Positions 49,170 to 58,289 of a stretch of 64,000 nt of DNA are shown here, one piece after another. Under the pieces are notes generated by a model, which saw only the letters and a program-made list of their open reading frames with translations, had not been told where the DNA came from and ran no database searches. Origin of the DNA: an uncultured bacterium (GTDB taxonomy: Bacteria; Bacteroidota; Bacteroidia; Bacteroidales; Bacteroidaceae); assembly GCA_905215345.1 (NCBI GenBank), contig CAJMPR010000004.1, positions 286,623 through 350,622 of the forward strand, in the 5' to 3' direction. The translations under genes were made by a program, and so were the position numbers. Position 1 is the first letter of the stretch. Each line of letters starts with the position of its first letter.

Positions 49170-49391
49170 ATGTATTGGACATTGGAATTAGCATCTAAAT
49201 TGGAAGATGCTCCTTGGCCGGCAACTAAGGATGAACTGATTGATTATGCCATGCGTTCAGGAGCTCCGCTTGAAGTGATTGAGAACCTGCAGGAGATGGA
49301 AGATGAAGGCGAGATTTATGAAAGCATTGAAGATATTTGGCCCGATTATCCCAGTAAGGAAGATTTCTTCTTTAACGAAGAGGAGTATTAA
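49170..49391 (+). CDS. DUF2795 family small acidic protein
   Basis: MYWTLELASKLEDAPWPATKDELIDYA, a conserved Bacteroidetes protein. Confidence 0.88.
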   Translation: MYWTLELASKLEDAPWPATKDELIDYAMRSGAPLEVIENLQEMEDEGEIYESIEDIWPDYPSKEDFFFNEEEY

Positions 49392-49516
49392 CACGCTTTG
49401 AATGAGTTTTATCCTCTTTTTGCTGGAGGATAAGATAAATAATAGAAAGAGGTAGTTTGATGGCCTTTGCTATGGCTGGATAACGACCTCTTTTCTTTTT
49501 TAATTCCCCCGTATTG

Positions 49517-51949
49517 ATGATAAAAGCACAAGTAGAAACGGCATGCCGTTTACCCGAATTGAAAGAACGCTGTTTGCCGGAGAATTGTCGGCAAAGTGTG
49601 AAAGAACTTTTGCAAGAAATTTATGGTTACGAGCAATTCCGTGATCTCGAGATCTATGATGATTTGTTCAAAAGCAAAGAAACGCTGTGCATTTCACAGG
49701 GACAGTTGATTGAGAATGTTATCTGTGAAACCGAAAAAGCGCAGCAAGGCGATGAACAGCCGGATAATATTCTGCTGACCGCTCCTACAGGAGCCGGAAA
49801 ATCATTGTTGTTCCAGCTTCCGGCTATCTATTTGGGTAAAGAGTATAATTTACTGACTATTGTGGTGTCTCCTTTGAAAGCCTTGATTGTAGACCAGGTA
49901 GAAGGTTTGCAGGATTTAGGATATGAACGCGTAGTCTATGCGTCTTCCGATTTGTCACCTGAACAGAAGATGGAAGTTTACCGGCAAGTAAGGGAAGGAG
50001 AAATAGACTTATTTTATCTGTCTCCCGAATTACTGTTATCTTACGACATCAAGCATTTTATTGGTGAACGTCGTATCGGTCTGGTAGTTATAGATGAGGC
50101 TCATACTGTAACGACATGGGGTAAAGAATTCCGGGTGGATTATTGGTTTCTGGGACGCTATTTGAATGCCTTGAAACAGAATCTGGGTTATACTTTTCCA
50201 TTATTTGCATTGACAGCTACAGCCGTTTGGAATCCGCAAGGCGGGAATGACATGGTGTTCGAGACGATTCGTTCTTTACAAATGGAACCGTGTGTGCTTT
50301 ATGTAGGTACGGTGAAACGTAGAAATATCGGTTTTGATATTCGTCAGTTGACATTGGAAGAGGGTGAAACGTACGATAAGGGTAAGCAGCGTGTTATTTG
50401 TGGCAGGGTGGAAGACTTTCTGGATGGGCATAAGACATTACTTTATTATCCTTTTGCCGGTGGTATCGATATGCGTTTGAAGACGTGGGTACGTCCTGCC
50501 GATTGGGACATGGTAGCTTCCTACTATGGTAAGAAGGATAAAGAGCAAAAAGCGGCCATTGTGCAGGAGTTCAAAGAAGGAACGAAGCGGATGATTGTCG
50601 CTACGAAAGCTTTTGGAATGGGAGTGGACATTAGTGATATTGACCGTGTTTACCATGTAGCTCCATCCGGAACATTCGTTGATTATATTCAGGAAATAGG
50701 TCGTGCTGCCCGTGATGCAGATGTACAGGGAGTTTCGGCTACTGATTACCACGAACGGGATTTTTATTATATGAAGCGTTTGCATCAGACGGGTAATATA
50801 GCGCAGGAGCAGTTGGAGCTTATCTTAAAAAAACTCATGGAAGTTTACCGAATGAAAGGAGAGAAAGAAGAAATACTCGTCTCCTTGTCCGACTTTGAAT
50901 TTGTGGTGAAGTTGCCGCGAACGAAGAATAAGTTGGAATATGAGGCTGAACTGGGACAACTTATTAAAACGGCTTTATTATGGCTGGAAGATGACTTGGC
51001 GCAACGCTACGGAACACATTTGTTGGAAGTAAGTCCGCAAAATCTTTTGACTGAAGGGTACATACAAGATAAAACGGGAGATGCTTTTGCCCGCGAATTC
51101 AAATCTTACTTGACAGAGGTAAAGAATGAGGAAGGCGTATATCAGGTACGTTTGGAAAATCTTTGGGAAGAACGTTTTCCGGGATTGGGATATAGAGAGT
51201 TTAAGCAAAAACTAAATAACGGAACACTTTGGGACGGTTCTCGTGCGGTATCTGTAGGAAAACATGAGGTATTGCTGAAAGAAAATGCGAGTGTGATTCG
51301 TCAACGTATGGATGCTCTGTTTCAAAGTTTGACAACCATGTTGAAAACGGCTTTGTTGAAGACGAAGGGCCGTTTTGATGAAGAAGAACTGCGAGCAGTT
51401 TTTGCAGAGCATGGAATGGATGTACCTTCTGCAAAACGTTTTATCGGCTCTTTGCTGGAGAGTCGCACGGAAGAGGGACGCAGCGTGAGCTATATCAGCA
51501 GTATCAAGAAAAAGGATTCGAATGAACTGTCTTTTACAGTAACTAAAGGTTTCGATCTGCTTTTATCCCGCTATCAAAAGTTGTTTGCCCAACGCATCGT
51601 TGGAGGTAAGGGAGAGCGTTTATTGTTCTATTGTACTCCTTTCTCTGATTTGAATATGTTACTCAACTTGCTTTCTATGCTCGATTGTCTTTCTTTTAGT
51701 GTAGAAGGGGGCGGTACACCTTGTGTTCATATTCGTTTTAATGATCCTGAACACTTGCAACGACTGGCTGCATCCAATGAATATCGTAACTTTATTCTGG
51801 ATACTAACGAACGGATTTTTGAAGAACAGATAGAATTGTTTACATTCTTTTTTGGTACTGATAGCCTGACAGATGAACAGCGCTGGAATTTTGTAGAAGA
51901 GTATTTCACGGGGACAGGGGTAGAAGAATTGAAAAAGAAGTTCGGATAA
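49517..51949 (+). CDS. RecQ-like SF2 DEAH helicase with atypical C-terminus
   Basis: APTGAGKS, VSPLKALI.DQV, IDEAH...WG.EFR, LTATA, ATKAFGMGVD, QEIGRAAR. Confidence 0.88.
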   Translation: MIKAQVETACRLPELKERCLPENCRQSVKELLQEIYGYEQFRDLEIYDDLFKSKETLCISQGQLIENVICETEKAQQGDEQPDNILLTAPTGAGKSLLFQLPAIYLGKEYNLLTIVVSPLKALIVDQVEGLQDLGYERVVYASSDLSPEQKMEVYRQVREGEIDLFYLSPELLLSYDIKHFIGERRIGLVVIDEAHTVTTWGKEFRVDYWFLGRYLNALKQNLGYTFPLFALTATAVWNPQGGNDMVFETIRSLQMEPCVLYVGTVKRRNIGFDIRQLTLEEGETYDKGKQRVICGRVEDFLDGHKTLLYYPFAGGIDMRLKTWVRPADWDMVASYYGKKDKEQKAAIVQEFKEGTKRMIVATKAFGMGVDISDIDRVYHVAPSGTFVDYIQEIGRAARDADVQGVSATDYHERDFYYMKRLHQTGNIAQEQLELILKKLMEVYRMKGEKEEILVSLSDFEFVVKLPRTKNKLEYEAELGQLIKTALLWLEDDLAQRYGTHLLEVSPQNLLTEGYIQDKTGDAFAREFKSYLTEVKNEEGVYQVRLENLWEERFPGLGYREFKQKLNNGTLWDGSRAVSVGKHEVLLKENASVIRQRMDALFQSLTTMLKTALLKTKGRFDEEELRAVFAEHGMDVPSAKRFIGSLLESRTEEGRSVSYISSIKKKDSNELSFTVTKGFDLLLSRYQKLFAQRIVGGKGERLLFYCTPFSDLNMLLNLLSMLDCLSFSVEGGGTPCVHIRFNDPEHLQRLAASNEYRNFILDTNERIFEEQIELFTFFFGTDSLTDEQRWNFVEEYFTGTGVEELKKKFG

Positions 51950-51986
51950 TAGAACTCCTTTAGTTCTTAAATTATAGAATGTGTGA

Positions 51987-52349
51987 TTATTGGTTTACAT
52001 GTTCTTGAAGATACTCCTGTAAAATACGTGCATGGTTATAAACGGTTTCTTTGGAAGCATATAGTAAAGTTACCGTATGGTATGGCTTTATTGTTTTGAT
52101 GAATTGCCGGACAGTCTCGGAACTCTCAAGTTCTTTTTTATACATGGTTGCGAAGCCTTCCCAATGATTGGCAATGTCTTCATGGAACCATTTTCTCAAT
52201 TCCGGTGAAGGAGTAATATCTTTTTCCCATACATCATATTTCAGATGTTCTTTCTTCATGCCACGAGGCCACAAACGGTCTATCAATACACGGTAGCCGT
52301 CTGTAGTATCTGGGGCTTCATATACTCGTTTGATTCTAATTTGCGTCAT
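51987..52349 (-). CDS. DUF488 (YeaO-like) protein
   Basis: IKRVYE..DGYRVLIDRLWPRG, PSPELRKWFH. Confidence 0.92.
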   Translation of the reverse strand: MTQIRIKRVYEAPDTTDGYRVLIDRLWPRGMKKEHLKYDVWEKDITPSPELRKWFHEDIANHWEGFATMYKKELESSETVRQFIKTIKPYHTVTLLYASKETVYNHARILQEYLQEHVNQ

Positions 52350-53074
52350 GACTGTTCTTTTAGTTCCGTTTCAAGTTCGATAGCACGTGGAAAGACAATA
52401 TTATTTTCCAGGTGGATATGCTGGTGCAGAGCAGTTTCAAAATCTTTCAATTCCTGTAGCAACAGGCGATAGCTGTCGCACGCATCGTCCGGGGCAGAAT
52501 ATCCATTGGTTAATCTTTCGATATGGCGATAGCGTTCACCTTCTGCGTCATGTTCCGCTAACATTACGGATATGGGGGCTTGGATGCTACCGCAATGAAA
52601 CTCCTGTAACGCAGTATTATCAAGTTTGGCCTTTACCATTTCGTAGATGTAGGGGAAGAGAACCAGTTCTTCTTTGTCAAGGTGCTGGTTAAGGTCGCTA
52701 AGAGATTGCTGAAATAATACCTGAACATTGTACAATGTCGGATGTTTGTTACCGTGAACATGGCATACTTTATCCAATAATTCTTGTAACTTGGGTCCCT
52801 TGCTGCGGATGTTACGATGATGAATCTTGAGAATATAATCTACCAATAAGTCCAAAGGCCAGCTTTTAAAATCAATGCTTTCAGAAGTTGATAAAGTTGC
52901 GTTCTCAATGTTTTTGATTACTTCATTTACATCTGCTCCGGCCTTTTGGCTGGCTTCGGGTAGGAGAACGGAACCGTGACAACAAAAATCAATACCGTAT
53001 TTATCAAATATTTCAGCGTTACCGAAATTGTCGGCTACAATTTGTCCGACTGTCATTTTTTTGTAGTCCTTCAT
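52346..53074 (-). CDS. ric: Iron-sulfur cluster repair di-iron protein (Ric/YtfE/ScdA)
   Basis: GIDFCCHG, HH, HLDKEELVLFP, EHD, HIHLENNIVFP; start moved to MKDYKK. Confidence 0.93.
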   Translation of the reverse strand: MKDYKKMTVGQIVADNFGNAEIFDKYGIDFCCHGSVLLPEASQKAGADVNEVIKNIENATLSTSESIDFKSWPLDLLVDYILKIHHRNIRSKGPKLQELLDKVCHVHGNKHPTLYNVQVLFQQSLSDLNQHLDKEELVLFPYIYEMVKAKLDNTALQEFHCGSIQAPISVMLAEHDAEGERYRHIERLTNGYSAPDDACDSYRLLLQELKDFETALHQHIHLENNIVFPRAIELETELKEQS

Positions 53075-53190
53075 ACAATATACAGTTTTTGCTTCCACAG
53101 AATTATGGAAGTACATATACTGTATATAATACAAATAAGCAATAAAGAATGTTTGAAGGATTTTATTTATTTGGATTAGCTTATTGATCT

Positions 53191-53682
53191 TTACAACTTC
53201 TGAAAAGCCAATCGCTCGTCTCCATTGAGCAAATAGATGATGCCACAATATTGGAAACCATGCTTTTTTAAAATGTATTGCAGGATATGGTTATCTCGAT
53301 GCGTATCTGCCCGTAGATTGGAAATCTGTTCATAACACCATTGCAGGCAGGCAGTTGCCACCCCTTTACTATCTTCTGTACTTGCCAAGCGATGGATAAC
53401 GCCGTAGGGACGTGTATCGTCCATCCATTCTCCTTCATAGATGTGTGTGTAGGTCGGATCATTCCCGTTTATAAATGCGAAAGTTCCTATGATATGTTGT
53501 TGTTCGTCAATGCAAACATAGCTGTTTTCATTCTCAATATCCTTGTTGATAATTTCAATCGTAGGATAACCGTTTGTCCATTGTTTCATGTTTCCATCTT
53601 TACGCATGATACGTTTCCCTTGCTCGAAAATATCCATGAGAGTCTCAATCTCTGTGATGTTTGTTTTTCTGATTTTTATCAT
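53191..53682 (-). CDS. GNAT family N-acetyltransferase
   Basis: QW.NGYP, IHRLAS...KGVA, DTHRDN, GFQYCG. Confidence 0.85.
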   Translation of the reverse strand: MIKIRKTNITEIETLMDIFEQGKRIMRKDGNMKQWTNGYPTIEIINKDIENENSYVCIDEQQHIIGTFAFINGNDPTYTHIYEGEWMDDTRPYGVIHRLASTEDSKGVATACLQWCYEQISNLRADTHRDNHILQYILKKHGFQYCGIIYLLNGDERLAFQKL

Positions 53683-53873
53683 ACGTGTAGTGAAATATGA
53701 TTTCTGACTTGCGTTTATCTATCGACTATTCCGGCCCTTGCTTGGTTTGATATACAAAAGTAGTATCTTTTGCGTTTCCTTGCTTATATTGCAATGAACA
53801 AATAGGAATTGCAGTTGTTCTTTTTATGAATATTTTACATATATTTGTCCCGGAAATTTAAACAGTTTGAATT

Positions 53874-54425
53874 ATGAAAAAGATTTTTAGTGTTTTTATG
53901 ATAGCTATATGCTGCTTGGCGATGGCTATGCCTGTTCAGGCACAGTTGCTTAAGTTTGGTGTAAAAGGCGGTGTAAACTTGTCTAAACTAAAAATGGAAG
54001 GAATGAAGGATAACTCTACCGGATTCTTTTTTGGACCTATGGCAGAGGTAACAATACCTATTATTGGTTTGGGAGTTGATGGCGCTTTGCTCTATTCTCA
54101 GAAAGGTGAACATGGCTTTAAGCAGTCAGGACTGGACATTCCCGTTAATTTGAAGTATTCTATCGGTTTGGGTAGTATGTTGGGGATTTATCTTGCTGCC
54201 GGTCCTGATTTCTATTTTGATTTCAAAAAGGAAAAAGACGGCTTGGATAGAAAGAAAGCGCAAGTTGGTATTAATTTTGGTGCCGGTGTGAAGTTGATTC
54301 AGCATTTACAACTTGGAGTTAATTACAATATTCCATTCGGTGATTCCTTTACGTGGGAAAATGCAGAACATGCTATTGGAGCTAAGAATAAGACTTGGCA
54401 AATATCAGCTGCTTATCTCTTCTAA
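53874..54425 (+). CDS. Outer-membrane beta-barrel (porin family) protein
   Basis: Signal peptide, FGVKGGVN, alternating beta strands, C-terminal AYLF. Confidence 0.85.
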   Translation: MKKIFSVFMIAICCLAMAMPVQAQLLKFGVKGGVNLSKLKMEGMKDNSTGFFFGPMAEVTIPIIGLGVDGALLYSQKGEHGFKQSGLDIPVNLKYSIGLGSMLGIYLAAGPDFYFDFKKEKDGLDRKKAQVGINFGAGVKLIQHLQLGVNYNIPFGDSFTWENAEHAIGAKNKTWQISAAYLF

Positions 54426-54447
54426 AGTATAAGATATAATTTCAATA

Positions 54448-54487
54448 GATAGCGTTGCCGATTTTGATTGGCAACGCTATTTTTTTT
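54448..54487 (+). terminator. Intrinsic terminator
   Basis: ATAGCGTTGCC...GGCAACGCTATTTTTTTT. Confidence 0.8.
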
Positions 54488-54518
54488 GTGCTTGGTTTGC
54501 ACTATCTTTGTCCTCACG

Positions 54519-56981
54519 ATGGAAAAATTTGTCGATGTCATATTGCCTTTGCCATTGCACGGTTGCTTTACCTATTCCCTTCCACGGGAAATGGAAGAAG
54601 AAGTGCAAATAGGTTGTCGGATAGTAGTACCTTTCGGAAGGAAGAAATACTATACGGCAATTGTGCAGAATGTACATTATTCTGTACCGACTGAATATGA
54701 GGTGAAAGCGGTGACAGCTTTACTGGATACGCATCCTATTTTACTTCCCGAGCAGTTTAAGTTCTGGAAGTGGTTGGCGGACTATTATTTGTGCACACAG
54801 GGTGATGTTTACAAAGCAGCCTTACCTTCGGGATTGAAGCTGGAAAGTGAAACCATGGTGGAATACAATCCTGACTTCGAATCAGATGTTCAGTTACCGG
54901 AAAAAGAACAGAAAGTGCTGGACTTGCTTTCGGTCGAACCGGAGCAATGCGTGACGAAGCTGGAGAAGGATAGTGGCATTAAGAACATACTATCAGTTAT
55001 AAAATCCTTGTTGGATAAGGAAGCTATCTTCGTAAAAGAAGAGTTGAAACGGACTTACAAACCCAAAACGGAAGTTCGTGTACGGTTGACGGCTACGGCA
55101 AGCAATGAACGTCGCTTGCATTTCTTCTTTGACGAGTTACAGCGGCGTGCTCCCAAACAACTGGACTTATTGATGAAGTATATCGAACTTTCCGGTTGCT
55201 TGGGGAAAGTACGGAAAGAGGTTACTAAAAAGGAACTTTTGCAACGTGCTTCTGCTACTCCGTCCGTATTCAATGGGCTGGTAGAACGTGAAGTCTTTGA
55301 GGTTTATCAGCACGAGATTGGTCGGTTGAACACTATCTCAACGAAAGATACCTTTCCTCTGAATCCATTGAACGAATACCAACAACGGGCACACGATGAG
55401 ATAGTACAGAGTTTGACTATAAAGAATGTCTGCCTGTTACATGGAGTAACGTCCAGCGGAAAAACTGAAATATACATTCATCTGATACAAGAAACCATCC
55501 GGCAGGGAAAACAAGTACTATATCTATTGCCCGAGATAGCTCTGACAACTCAAATCACGGAGCGTTTGCAACGGGTATTCGGCTCTCGCCTGGGTATCTA
55601 TCATTCCAAGTTTCCGGATGCGGAGCGGGTGGAGATTTGGCAAAAACAACTGTCGGAGAAGGGATACGATATAATATTGGGAGTCCGTTCGTCTGTATTC
55701 CTTCCTTTCCGTAAACTGGGATTGGTGATTGTAGACGAGGAACATGAGAACACTTATAAACAACAAGATCCGGCTCCCCGTTATCATGCCCGTAATGCAG
55801 CTATTATTCTGGCGGCAATGTATGGGGCCAAGACTTTGCTGGGTACGGCGACTCCTTCTATAGAATCTTGGAACAACGCTGTGGCTGGCAAATACGGTCT
55901 GGTAGAGTTGAAAGAAAGATATAAGGAAATACAATTACCGGAAATCATCCCCGTAGATATTAAGGAACTGCAACGCAAAAAGCGTATGAACGGTCCTTTC
56001 TCTCCTTTATTGCTGCAATATATTCGTGAAGCGTTGGAACAGAAAGAGCAGGTCATTCTGTTTCAGAATCGTCGCGGCTTTGCCCCAATGATAGAATGTC
56101 ACACTTGTGGGTGGGTGCCGAAGTGCAAGAACTGTGATGTGAGTTTGACGTTTCATAAAGGATTAAACCAGTTGACGTGCCATTATTGCGGATATACTTA
56201 TCAGCTTCCGCGTATATGCCCCGCCTGTGAGGGGGCTGATTTGCGGAATCGGGGATTTGGTACGGAAAAGATAGAAGATGATGTCAAGGCATTGTTTCCC
56301 GAGGTAGCCATTGCCCGTATGGACTTGGATACTACCCGTACGCGTGCTGCCTATGAGCGTATCATCTCCGACTTTGAACAGGGCAAAACGGATATTCTTA
56401 TCGGTACGCAGATGGTTTCCAAAGGATTGGACTTCGACCATGTGAGTGTAGTAGGTATTCTTAATGCCGATATCATGTTGAATTATCCTGATTTCCGTGC
56501 TTACGAACGTGCTTTTCAACTCATGGCACAGGTGGCAGGACGTGCCGGGCGAAAGAACAAGAGAGGCAGGGTGGTATTGCAAACCAAAAGCATGGATCAC
56601 CCGATTATTCCCCAGGTTATCTCCAATGATTATGAAGGCATGGTGGGCGGACAGCTATCTGAACGTCAGATGTTTCACTATCCGCCTTACTACCGGTTGG
56701 TATATGTTTACCTGAAGAACCGGAATGAAACCTTGCTTGATCTGATGGCACAAATCATGGCAAGTAGATTGCGTGCTACATTTGGAAACCGTGTGCTGGG
56801 GCCCGACAAACCACCCGTAGCCCGCGTGCAAACTTTATTCATTCGTAAAATCATTGTGAAGATTGAAACAAATGCTCCGATGGCACGTGTACGTGAACTC
56901 CTGTTGCAAGTACAGAAAGATATGATTGCTGAAGATCGTTTCAAGTCTCTGATTGTTTATTATGATGTAGACCCGATGTAA
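54519..56981 (+). CDS. priA: Primosomal protein N' (replication restart helicase)
   Basis: GVTSSGKTE, VDEEHE, GTATPS, NRRGF, four CxxC zinc motifs, GTQMVSKGLDF, QVAGRAGR, YDVDPM. Confidence 0.97.
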   Translation: MEKFVDVILPLPLHGCFTYSLPREMEEEVQIGCRIVVPFGRKKYYTAIVQNVHYSVPTEYEVKAVTALLDTHPILLPEQFKFWKWLADYYLCTQGDVYKAALPSGLKLESETMVEYNPDFESDVQLPEKEQKVLDLLSVEPEQCVTKLEKDSGIKNILSVIKSLLDKEAIFVKEELKRTYKPKTEVRVRLTATASNERRLHFFFDELQRRAPKQLDLLMKYIELSGCLGKVRKEVTKKELLQRASATPSVFNGLVEREVFEVYQHEIGRLNTISTKDTFPLNPLNEYQQRAHDEIVQSLTIKNVCLLHGVTSSGKTEIYIHLIQETIRQGKQVLYLLPEIALTTQITERLQRVFGSRLGIYHSKFPDAERVEIWQKQLSEKGYDIILGVRSSVFLPFRKLGLVIVDEEHENTYKQQDPAPRYHARNAAIILAAMYGAKTLLGTATPSIESWNNAVAGKYGLVELKERYKEIQLPEIIPVDIKELQRKKRMNGPFSPLLLQYIREALEQKEQVILFQNRRGFAPMIECHTCGWVPKCKNCDVSLTFHKGLNQLTCHYCGYTYQLPRICPACEGADLRNRGFGTEKIEDDVKALFPEVAIARMDLDTTRTRAAYERIISDFEQGKTDILIGTQMVSKGLDFDHVSVVGILNADIMLNYPDFRAYERAFQLMAQVAGRAGRKNKRGRVVLQTKSMDHPIIPQVISNDYEGMVGGQLSERQMFHYPPYYRLVYVYLKNRNETLLDLMAQIMASRLRATFGNRVLGPDKPPVARVQTLFIRKIIVKIETNAPMARVRELLLQVQKDMIAEDRFKSLIVYYDVDPM

Positions 56982-57006
56982 AGGTCTGATTTATATATTG
57001 TTTTTT

Positions 57007-57480
57007 ATGAGTAATAAGAAGAAAATCCTGTTTGTTTGTTTAGGCAATATTTGTCGTTCTTCCTCGGCAGAAGGAGTGATGAAACATTTGGTGGAAGAAG
57101 CCGGGCAAGAAGATGAGTTTCTCATTGATTCGGCAGGTATCTTGTCCTATCATCAGGGCGAGTTGCCCGATAGTCGCATGCGTGCTCACGCTGCCCGTCG
57201 CGGGTATAATCTAACACACCATTCACGTCCGGTACGTACGGAAGATTTTTATAACTTCGATTTGATTATCGGAATGGATGACCGTAATATTGATGATTTG
57301 AAAGATCGTGCTCCTTCACCCGACGAATGGAGCAAGATACACCGCATGACGGAATATTGCACCAAGTTTACTCATGCAGATCATGTTCCCGATCCTTACT
57401 ATGGTGGAGCCGAAGGGTTTGAATATGTACTTGATTTATTGGAAGATGCTTGTGCGGGGCTGTTGAAAAGTCTGGATTAA
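57007..57480 (+). CDS. Low molecular weight protein-tyrosine phosphatase
   Basis: VCLGNICRS P-loop; VPDPYYG. Confidence 0.95.
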   Translation: MSNKKKILFVCLGNICRSSSAEGVMKHLVEEAGQEDEFLIDSAGILSYHQGELPDSRMRAHAARRGYNLTHHSRPVRTEDFYNFDLIIGMDDRNIDDLKDRAPSPDEWSKIHRMTEYCTKFTHADHVPDPYYGGAEGFEYVLDLLEDACAGLLKSLD

Positions 57481-57510
57481 CTTAAAATTATTACGGTTAA
57501 TGATTGATTT

Positions 57511-58284
57511 TCAATGGTTGAGATAAGTATCCTGAAAGAAGCGCTTATTATCATTGAGACTGCAAGTAGCATCTATTCCTGCCTCTTGTAATCGTTCGGC
57601 TATTTCATTCAGTTTTTTTCTTGAAACTCTTCCGATGTAGAACAGGCGGTAACGATAGTTCTTGTCCAGCAGTTCCATAACATGCGTAAAGGTCTGCTCA
57701 CGGGCAAAGTCAAAGTTGACTTTTCGTAAATCAGTATAAGGATAACGAATGGTTCTGCCTACACTGTGCACAGTAAGAGCTTCGTTATCCAATGTCAGAT
57801 AACAGAAGCGTGTCATCAGCATGTTCATAAAGAAAAGGCTTAATCCAAAAGAGATGATTGCCGGAATAAATCTCCAGCATACGTCTCCGTTGATGGAGTA
57901 ATACCCCAATATCAAAAACATCAGAAACAAAACAAAAAACCAAAACATATAAAGCGACGGTCGTTGAAAAGTTTCTGTCGGGAGAATTTTCTCACTTCGC
58001 TCCCGTGGGGCATAGTTGGAAAAAGGTATTTCTTTAGAAAGAAGAAAACGAATCACTGATGACGGATGCCTGAAAGGAGGCAATAGGATAACTTTGTCCT
58101 TTTTGTCTTTCAGGTGCAAGGTCAGTATTCCCGGTCCATATTTATCTTTCGACGCCAAATTACTTTTACGGGGCACTTGATAATAGCGTTTCATAAAACT
58201 GAAACTCTCAATCTGATGTAGCTTGATCTGACGACTTTGCAGCAAATTTTCAGCTCTTTGCTGTTCTTTAGCGCTTACTTCCAT
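57511..58284 (-). CDS. Hypothetical membrane protein (2 TM)
   Basis: Two hydrophobic segments in the middle; follows the 7TM-HD gene by 5 bp. Confidence 0.75.
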   Translation of the reverse strand: MEVSAKEQQRAENLLQSRQIKLHQIESFSFMKRYYQVPRKSNLASKDKYGPGILTLHLKDKKDKVILLPPFRHPSSVIRFLLSKEIPFSNYAPRERSEKILPTETFQRPSLYMFWFFVLFLMFLILGYYSINGDVCWRFIPAIISFGLSLFFMNMLMTRFCYLTLDNEALTVHSVGRTIRYPYTDLRKVNFDFAREQTFTHVMELLDKNYRYRLFYIGRVSRKKLNEIAERLQEAGIDATCSLNDNKRFFQDTYLNH

Positions 58285-58289
58285 AGCTT

